A stretch of 64,000 bases of DNA from positions 30,544 through 94,543 of the IMG/VR virus record IMGVR_UViG_3300017763_000006. One strand, 5' to 3'. Below the pieces are notes generated by a model, which saw only the letters and a list, made by a program, of their open reading frames with translations, made no database searches and was not told the origin of the DNA. Positions within the stretch are counted from its first letter, which is position 1. The number at the start of each line of letters is the position of its first letter. Of the stretch, positions 17,525 to 25,800 are shown piece by piece. The stretch is from a virus. The translations under genes and the position numbers were made by a program.

Positions 17525-18297
17525 AAGGACAAGAAATGGAAGTAGCAGAAGATATGTTTGAAGGAGTAGAAGAATTGAAGACACCATCAAATACTGATAC
17601 ATCAGTAAAAAATGTTGTGTTAGAAGATGCGCCGTCTATGCTTTCTCCAGAGTGGCATGACTATGCCATGACACTTTTTCAGGAAGACGAATTAATGAAC
17701 GGTCATCCGCTAGTAACAGGGCTTAGAAGGGTTTCTGAGTTAGTTCTAGGGCCGATGTCTTTTAGTGGTCCAACGTGGGTAAAGCCCACAGATCGTGATG
17801 ATCATCATGGAAGGGCTACTGTTATATTTACCATAGAGTTTGCTAATGGTCTAAGGTGTGCAGAAGTAGCAGATTCGTGGGAGGGCAACACTGATGACAT
17901 GTTTTGCGCATTCGCTGTGGCAATTGCTAGCACAAGAGCAGAAGCTAGGGCGCTTCGTAAGGTTCTAAAGATCAAAGGTGTTGCAGCGGAAGAACTTACC
18001 AAAAAAGATACTGCTAAAATTGTAAGAGATCTATCTAAGCAAACAAGCAGTACATCTGGCGATTACGACGATTCCAGTAGAATGAGCGATGCACAATTCA
18101 ATTTTATTGACGTTAAATGCAGACAACTAAACGTAAACGGCAAGAAACTATTTAAAGAAGTGTGCAATGTAGACCAAAATCGTAAAGTTTCTAAGAAAGC
18201 TGCTAGTGAAATTATTGACGTACTCAATAACTATCAAAAAGACAAAAGTTCAGTACCCGATGGTATTGTTGGTTATAACGAAGAATGGAGAAACTAA
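17521..18297 (+). CDS. Putative Rad52/Sak-like ssDNA-annealing protein (alternative start 17536)
   Basis: GLRR, ATVIFTI, AIASTRAEARALRK helix, small C-terminal SDAQ...SKKAASEII domain. Confidence 0.5.
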   Translation: MKGQEMEVAEDMFEGVEELKTPSNTDTSVKNVVLEDAPSMLSPEWHDYAMTLFQEDELMNGHPLVTGLRRVSELVLGPMSFSGPTWVKPTDRDDHHGRATVIFTIEFANGLRCAEVADSWEGNTDDMFCAFAVAIASTRAEARALRKVLKIKGVAAEELTKKDTAKIVRDLSKQTSSTSGDYDDSSRMSDAQFNFIDVKCRQLNVNGKKLFKEVCNVDQNRKVSKKAASEIIDVLNNYQKDKSSVPDGIVGYNEEWRN

Positions 18298-18629
18298 TGA
18301 AGTTAACTTATACAACAGCGAATAATAGAATTAGAGCAGAATTTGATGCAGACACGCATCGGGAACTGTTTACTCAAATTTCCAAATTCCAAGAAGTATT
18401 TGAGGAAACTAAGTGTGGAAAGTGTGGTTCTGAGAATCTTAGATTCGTAGTAAGAACAGTAGACGAAAATGAATATTTTGAACTACGCTGCGCAGACTGT
18501 GGGGCAAAGCTAGCCTTTGGATCAATGAAGAAGGGTGGAGGGCTATTTCCCAAGCGTAAGGACGGGGATAATTGGCTACCAGATGGCGGCTGGCTAAAGT
18601 GGAATCCAAAGACAAAGGCTATGGAATAA
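18297..18629 (+). CDS. Zinc-ribbon protein
   Basis: CGKCG...CADCG; TAATG overlap with GGAG SD. Confidence 0.7.
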   Translation: MKLTYTTANNRIRAEFDADTHRELFTQISKFQEVFEETKCGKCGSENLRFVVRTVDENEYFELRCADCGAKLAFGSMKKGGGLFPKRKDGDNWLPDGGWLKWNPKTKAME

Positions 18630-18660
18630 AACCATTCCAGTGAGGGGAAAGTGAATGGTG

Positions 18661-18690
18661 GGAGGGGCTTAATCGCCCCTCCTTTTTTTT
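18661..18690 (+). terminator. Rho-independent terminator at the convergence of the two arms
   Basis: GGAGGGGC-ttaatc-GCCCCTCC perfect 8-bp stem followed by T8. Confidence 0.9.
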
Positions 18691-19432
18691 ACAAAAAGTC
18701 TACTGTAAAATACAGAGCATATTGTTTCTTTTGACCAATCTGAGTTGGAGAGCAAGACAAAGCTACATACCAATCGTGTTGAGTAAATCTACCACTGTCT
18801 CCCTTTCCGTAGTCGTCAGCGTTAAGAGCGAGGTCTCCAGTGATATATGTAAGGTATGATCCTGTCATATCTGCTGCTTCTCCAGCTAAACCGCTTGGTC
18901 CGGGCGAGTTAGTCAATGAAATAGCTTGAGGTTGTGAAGAATATGTTTCTCCGACTACTTGCCAAACATTGCTAGTGGGGAAAGCTCTGTGTTGTAACTG
19001 TGATGTTGTGTGGGGCTTACGAACTTCGTATAAATATGTAGTAACATCTACAGCATGACTAGTAGTAGTTTGTCTATCATATATAATTACTTTTGGTTGT
19101 GATGATCTAACGGCAGTTTCATTTGTAAACCTAATATTTAGTGTAGCGTTAGCATTACTAAGAGTACTTAAATTTACTGGAGATGAACCATTAATCTCTA
19201 CAGTCCCCTGAATGCCATCTCCACCAGTGGTGGCATATGCATTATTGTGAAGCTGAAGGGTTCCATCAGCGCCGTTTTCGTCAACAATCCAAGTTGTTTC
19301 TTGGACACTATTAATAGCTATAGGGAAGCCAAAATCGCTCCCAAAAAACCCAATTCCGCTGCCGTTTTGGTAGTCAATTACCTGTTGGGCATCGCTAGTA
19401 TTCAAATTTCCTCTAAATGTGATTTCTGGCAT
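18689..19432 (-). CDS. Putative virion structural protein
   Basis: Beta-rich S/T/G-rich 247 aa, GGAG SD, own promoter-like motif, end of tail module. Confidence 0.6.
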   Translation of the reverse strand: MPEITFRGNLNTSDAQQVIDYQNGSGIGFFGSDFGFPIAINSVQETTWIVDENGADGTLQLHNNAYATTGGDGIQGTVEINGSSPVNLSTLSNANATLNIRFTNETAVRSSQPKVIIYDRQTTTSHAVDVTTYLYEVRKPHTTSQLQHRAFPTSNVWQVVGETYSSQPQAISLTNSPGPSGLAGEAADMTGSYLTYITGDLALNADDYGKGDSGRFTQHDWYVALSCSPTQIGQKKQYALYFTVDFL

Positions 19433-19463
19433 GTTTTTTTCTCCGATAGTGAGGGAACTATGT

Positions 19464-19473
19464 TATTATACAC
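19464..19473 (-). promoter_or_regulatory. GTGTATAATA promoter-like motif
   Basis: Intergenic, about 30 nt upstream of ATG 19432. Confidence 0.6.
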
Positions 19474-19479
19474 GAAAAA

Positions 19480-22400
19480 TTAGCTAAATGTAACCGTTAT
19501 ATAGTTGTGCATTTGATACCCCGTTGTTGAGTCTGGATCTTCATGTAGGGCTATTCCTATGTCATTATGGCAGTAGGAAAATACTTCATAATATCCGGGG
19601 TGCTTATAAGTATAAGATTCTGTGACCTCGTTTTGAAGGTTGTCTTGTCCATTATCTTCCACAGAAATGCTCACACTTCTGGTCCCATATACCCTTCTCT
19701 GACCACTAGTGCTGGGTAAAGACACTCTAGTCATAGAACTCCTACGTTGTGGGGGATGGTCACACATCGGCCTGCTTTGTACCAAGCCGTTTAAAAATGA
19801 TATTACAGCTCCATCTCCTTCGGAATCCAAGGTCATTACTACTGGGAAGTTATTAGGCTCAAAGCCTTCACCAATTTCATCCCAATCGCTGTCTCCATCT
19901 ACTGGGTGTGTTAATGTTCGTTTCTTAGAAAATGTAGTAGTATTAGTGTCTTTACTTTTTGCGATGTCAAAACTTACAATACCCCCATCATCATCAACTT
20001 CCGTGACTTTTATAAGCACCCCCCTGTCTCCTGCCAATATGTCGTCTACTGTATAGTCTGTTCCAGCGGTAACAACAATTTTACTTGCTTTATCTACACC
20101 GATAACTAGTTTATCCCAAAAATAACCATATCCAGTTAATAACTTACCTCTTCTGTGAAAACTTGCATTCCAGTAAGCTTCAGGTCTCAACACTGTACTT
20201 GAGTATATTTTATCATTTTCTGCTACGCTGTTTCCGTCATTGCCTGAATTATATTTCCACTTTTTTAATACTGAATCACTATTATCTGGAGTATAATCTA
20301 CTTTATTTCCATATGTAGGAACTCTGTAATCTATATCTAGTTCGATGGGATGAACATTAATTGTGGTGTCTACATATTCTGTACCGTTCCATGTAGGCAC
20401 TGTTTTTTCTTCTGTAGTAGGATCAGTTGCGTCTGCATTAAAATGTAATGGAGTTGCGTACTGCGGTAGCCAAGCGGTATCTTCTCTAGGCCAACCATCC
20501 CAAACATCTATATGTACAGCTCCAGTTCCAAAAGAATATATACTGTCACTAGCACTGCCCCAAACCACCGTAGTCCCACTAATCACTCTGCCTCCGGGGT
20601 CTGAACTCCAAGCAAACATGGCTCCAAGAATAGTTACTTGTGGGCCTTGTAACCCTCCACCTCCGTAAAATACTCCTTGAGTACCAAACGTCTGACTCGT
20701 ATCAACATTGAGGTCAAAGCCTCCTTTTTTGTATAATTTTCTTCTAGCCGCAGTAAGGCCAACTGCTCCCGCTCCCAAAAAAGGACCATCATCACCAAAA
20801 AATACGTATGACCCATTGGGTTTATAAAATGGTGCTTCTTTGGTAACATACGCATCATATTTTGGACCGGCATAGCCTGCTGGAGCATCATTGTAAAGAT
20901 GCCCATATGCCTCCTCTACTGTTCCGGCAATAGTGCTAAAGGAATGTCCACCAAACAAATCTGTACCCTTGGGGTATCCTGTGTGATTGGCTATATTTGC
21001 ATAAAAATTTCTTCCTCTTTTCTGAGAATTATTGGTTATAGCGTCAATGATCTCAGTATTTTGATCTTTATGTCCGTACAGCTCTCCGGTTAAAAAAGAA
21101 AATTGAATTTGATTTTCATTTGAAGGAGTGAGACTTAATCCCGCCGTCTGAGGTGTAGAGTTGGGAAGTGTTAATAGAGAAAATCGTGCAGTTTGTAAAT
21201 CTGAAAGACTTCCAATATTAATGGCTTTTAGTACTTTGTCATAGTCATATATTGGCGATCCGTCATCTGCTCTTGTTCCTAGTGTAGCAATTTCTGCTGG
21301 CAATTGTTCTGTAGGATACGATTTGCCGTCTATTGTGACTTTAGATTTTTTATAACCTAAAGGAAAAACTGGCCCCCAGAATACAGGTATATCTCTATAT
21401 TCTATACTATCTAAAGCGACATTTGTTGAGTCGCCTATACCAATAGCCGTGTTAACTCGACCAACATGAGTTTTCTGAGCATCAGGAGTTCCACCCCAAG
21501 CGTGTTCGTGACCATTTAAGTTGCCTCCGGGTATTCCATTTCCCGTTTGATTAAATATTGTATCTTGAAAATAACCATTAGCTAAACTTCTAGTCTCCGT
21601 CGTCGCTGAATAAATTTTTCTCCATATGAACTCTGGCAATTCAGTTTCTTTTATAATGTCTCCATTAAAAGTTCTAAACCAATCGTCCGAGCTTGCTAAA
21701 AACTTACCAAACTCCCAGTGGCCCTCCCAAGCTGGAGGTCTTTCTTGAACGACAGACTCCCCTAATTTTACTAGAATATTTTCTCCATCTATAGAATGAG
21801 CAATAGCAACTTCACCTCTAGTAAAAAGATTAGCAGATCTATTGACAACCCTAATCTTTTCTACTCTATATTCATTACTCCAAGAGCCATCTTCTTCGTT
21901 TGTTGAATGTCCAGTTCTTATAAAGTTGGGACCAAAAGCGTGGGGATTTTTATTTTGGACTTGAACTGGAGCGGCTAATCCAGTAGTAAAATTAGACATA
22001 TCATTCTCTCTTTGAGAACCATAAAACTCATCAGGATTTCTATTTTCTAGATTTCCAGTATCTAAATCGCTAGCAACAATTTCTGCTCCATCTATATCTT
22101 CTAATATAGTTACCAAAAACGCTCCACCAGTTTCCCAAACTCCTAAATTATGATTGTATATTAACTTTAAAGGAGCGGCAACCATTGAAGAATAATCTTC
22201 CTCAGTTATGTTTACATAACCAACATCTGCTGCGTGTTCGTTTGGTGTCTTTGCATTTTTTTTACTCTGTTTGTGTGCATACCTTGCTCCACTATGTCTG
22301 CGTGGGTGAGAGGCAAACAGGGTCGAAGACTTAAAGGCGGGAACTCTATCTTTACGTTCGTTGTGTCTCTTGTGAAAATATATACGAACTGATTTCTCAG

Positions 22401-22839
22401 TTCCAAGTTTACTTTCACCACCAATATTAGCATAGATACAACCATACGTACTATTCTGTATTTTTCTAATAAGCTTTTCATCTCCTGTTACATCGTCTCT
22501 TCTCTCTTGATAAGTGCTTTCATTTGTATATTCAATTAGATTCTTTATATCTTGTTCTGAGATTGTTATAGCAGTAAATGATCCATCTGTTTGTGCTAAG
22601 TCGTATTTCCATGTGGGAGTTGTTCCTATGAGGTCAGTTATCATGCCCCATATATTACTATATAGAGTAAAGTCAATAGCGTATTGTCCTTCCTCATTTT
22701 TCGCACCCAACTTGATCGGTGCGTTTTTGAATACTTTAAAGTCTTTTTCTGACATAACAGCTAGACCATATTTTTGCAACGGGGCTATATAAAAATAATG
22801 ACCGCTATCTATAGTTGATACTGCATTTCCTTCAAACAT
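19480..22839 (-). CDS. Large tail/tail-tip protein (1119 aa)
   Basis: Position in tail module, G/T/D-rich beta character, GTDYTVDD...VTEVDDDGGI hairpin motif. Confidence 0.6.
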   Translation of the reverse strand: MFEGNAVSTIDSGHYFYIAPLQKYGLAVMSEKDFKVFKNAPIKLGAKNEEGQYAIDFTLYSNIWGMITDLIGTTPTWKYDLAQTDGSFTAITISEQDIKNLIEYTNESTYQERRDDVTGDEKLIRKIQNSTYGCIYANIGGESKLGTEKSVRIYFHKRHNERKDRVPAFKSSTLFASHPRRHSGARYAHKQSKKNAKTPNEHAADVGYVNITEEDYSSMVAAPLKLIYNHNLGVWETGGAFLVTILEDIDGAEIVASDLDTGNLENRNPDEFYGSQRENDMSNFTTGLAAPVQVQNKNPHAFGPNFIRTGHSTNEEDGSWSNEYRVEKIRVVNRSANLFTRGEVAIAHSIDGENILVKLGESVVQERPPAWEGHWEFGKFLASSDDWFRTFNGDIIKETELPEFIWRKIYSATTETRSLANGYFQDTIFNQTGNGIPGGNLNGHEHAWGGTPDAQKTHVGRVNTAIGIGDSTNVALDSIEYRDIPVFWGPVFPLGYKKSKVTIDGKSYPTEQLPAEIATLGTRADDGSPIYDYDKVLKAINIGSLSDLQTARFSLLTLPNSTPQTAGLSLTPSNENQIQFSFLTGELYGHKDQNTEIIDAITNNSQKRGRNFYANIANHTGYPKGTDLFGGHSFSTIAGTVEEAYGHLYNDAPAGYAGPKYDAYVTKEAPFYKPNGSYVFFGDDGPFLGAGAVGLTAARRKLYKKGGFDLNVDTSQTFGTQGVFYGGGGLQGPQVTILGAMFAWSSDPGGRVISGTTVVWGSASDSIYSFGTGAVHIDVWDGWPREDTAWLPQYATPLHFNADATDPTTEEKTVPTWNGTEYVDTTINVHPIELDIDYRVPTYGNKVDYTPDNSDSVLKKWKYNSGNDGNSVAENDKIYSSTVLRPEAYWNASFHRRGKLLTGYGYFWDKLVIGVDKASKIVVTAGTDYTVDDILAGDRGVLIKVTEVDDDGGIVSFDIAKSKDTNTTTFSKKRTLTHPVDGDSDWDEIGEGFEPNNFPVVMTLDSEGDGAVISFLNGLVQSRPMCDHPPQRRSSMTRVSLPSTSGQRRVYGTRSVSISVEDNGQDNLQNEVTESYTYKHPGYYEVFSYCHNDIGIALHEDPDSTTGYQMHNYITVTFS

Positions 22840-22848
22840 ATCAATCTC

Positions 22849-25800
22849 CTAATCGTAATATGATATTTCGTTGTCGTCGTCAATAGAATCTTTATACAAC
22901 AAAAGATCTATGGGTTGATCCATACAGGGGAAAATATTGTGCCAAGTAGAAGAAGCTGGATGAAATACTTCGTCAATGCTAGAAGATATAGAAAGCCAAT
23001 ACTGTTTATAATACTGAAAAGCATTTTCTGATAATACCTTACCAGCATCGCCTGTAGCCTTAGCGCTCTGAACTGCACCAGTAACGTTCGTCATAGCCTT
23101 AGACGCAAAATCTCCATTGTCTGGCTTTTCATTTGCATCTGCTACACTACCTACACTAGAAGTGGCGTTTCCTTCTTCGTCTACGCTCGTAGTATCTATA
23201 CTTCCCTTTTGGACATTGACTGTCATGGCAAACTGATTTGGTGGTTGAGCTTCACCTCTATCTTCTGCTGTCAGTTTACTCCCGTAATCTTTATCTTTTT
23301 CTGCTTGAGCTTTTCTTCTAAAGATAGCCTCTTCTTTTTTCATAGTAGTATTATTACGTGGGTTAATAATTTGATCTTTAATTAACCTATTTGTTTGATC
23401 TTTAATTTTTTGCTTATCCCTACTCATTTTTGTCATTAGGGCTTGTTTTTGTTTTTGCATTTTCCCAAAAGAAGGAGTGTAGCTATCCATAGTAACAGTC
23501 GTTCTGATACCAGTAGTTGAAAAAGAAACATTAATATTTGTTATAGCTGGACCGCCAGTTGATAAAAACCCTCCAATGCTCATGCCTCGGGGCCAACCAA
23601 CCATAGTAAAAGAAGCTCTTTCTTGTTCCATGTCAGCTTCCGCAGTCTGCTCAACAGCCATGAAGCCAGCTTTATTCATATCTGCATATGATCCACCATA
23701 GTTCCAAGGGGCTAAACTTTCGTCATGACTATATTCAATTTTACCATCGCCTCCAGTTTCGTTAAACCAAGGACCATAAGATCTTTCAGTAGACCTTAAA
23801 GGAATAGCTGCCATTTCTGGAAACAAAGGTCCGGGCGAGAACATCTTAATTCTTCTATCAAGACAAAAACTTAATCCTTCTACAGCCTTCATTAGATTGT
23901 TTCTTATCTCTGTAGAAGTAGAATCATCACCGCCCTCTAACTTTATTGCTGATGGGATTGTTACTGTGGTGAATCCGGGCATACCCTTAACAACATCTTC
24001 TCTAAAAAAGTGTCCAACATTAGAAGCGTTAACCTTCATAGACTCTCCGTTAGTTTCCGTTCCCTCTTCTGTTAAAACAGCTCTTGGAATAGTTATTAAA
24101 GCATAAACATGATAGTAGTTTTGTGGGCCTTGTTGAAGAAGAGCTTTATCTAAATCTATATATTTCACGATAACACCCGGAGAGCCTTCATCTTCGCCAT
24201 CAATTGCGGCTTGAAAACCTCCCTGAAGCACCAGATCTGGTGTTTTTCTTGGGCCATAAATTTTAGGCACAATTGGATTTATTACTTGCTCCTCGCCTTC
24301 TTCGTCATATATTTTTTTCTTCTCAACTTTTCCCTCAAGGTCTGCTCTACGATAGGCAGTGCAGCCATATACATTAACCGTTCCTCTTTTAAAAACAGGA
24401 GCAACAAACAATCTTTGGTCTAAATCTGCTTTTACGAAAACTGTATGTTTTGTACCAGCAGGCCAAGCTCCATTGCCTTGTTTAACCGCCTGTTTTCCAG
24501 TAATTGGATTATATGAATATTTAAAAGTAGTATCCTTGTCAAAGGAGTCCATACTTATAGCGTCCTCATATGGAAGCCTAACATAAGGAGGTACTCTACC
24601 ATTTTCTTCAAAGAAAGAACGTATGATAGGTGGAGCGTAAGTGCCATATGGAGGATCATTACCACCAGCTGGTTCAGGATAATAATTAAACACATATTCA
24701 CCCACGGCTGCATTGTATCCTATGGTTAAAGCCCCTCTTTGCCTCGCGTCGGAAAAACTTACAGTCTTCAAGTGTTCCGTATGCTTTATGTAGTCGTATG
24801 TTCCGTCTACGCCAAGATTTAAGGCGGGTATGCTATGATCATTGTTTCTGGGAGGAAAGCCGTAAAAATATTTTTTAGACCCATAATTAAGATTTGGTTT
24901 TTGAGGTATTTTAATTAAGAATTTTTTCCCTAAACATTCATCTGCTACAGCTTTTACAAAAGCGAAAACTTTTTTTGCATTATCTAAACCCTTTTTTGTC
25001 ATATATGCTGAAACTGCATCTTCAAAGTTTTTATTTGCATCATTACTTGCTCCTCCCTTTGGAGAATTAGCTTTAGGTTTTGCTTGTCTTAATTGTTCAT
25101 TAGCTGCAACACCCTTTGCATCTACAACTTTAGGGTTTTTATTACTACCGCCAGTGTTAGAACCAGTGAATAGACCAATAGCCCCAGCCCTACCCCAATA
25201 TAGAGGATATCCATAAGGAGGAGAACACCACTGCTCCGTATCCTGTCCATTCTGCCAATGAAGATGATCTATCTTACATGGTGGATGGGTACATCGAGGG
25301 ACGGTACATTCTCTATTACCGATGATCGTTCCGTCTAAGCCAAGAAAATTTAGAATCGATCCAGTAACACCTTGATTAAAAAAATCTAAATTATCGATGG
25401 CTTCACCATCAAAGATAACTTCATGGAAAACCATATTATAGGATTGTAAAAATTCTACCCATTTGTCAAAAGATATATCAGCAGCTCTTAGTTCCATTTC
25501 TGTAGTAACATAAAATTCACCAACCCCCATAGCGTTACACGAAGTAGCATCTAAAATAATTTGAGTCCACGGGCCACGACCTCTTGGAAAAGTCACGACG
25601 TTGCTGTGCAAAAGTCCATAATATGGAATAATTTGTTTTTTTAAATTTCTGTCTATTTCATGTAGACCATGAGAACCGCCCTTGCGATCTTGTTTACCGT
25701 CAAAATAATAATGAGCTACTTCATTTGCTCCAGTTACAAATCTGTCGGTTACTTCATTAGCTAACTCAACTCCAATGTCTTTGCTAGTTACATCAAATGG

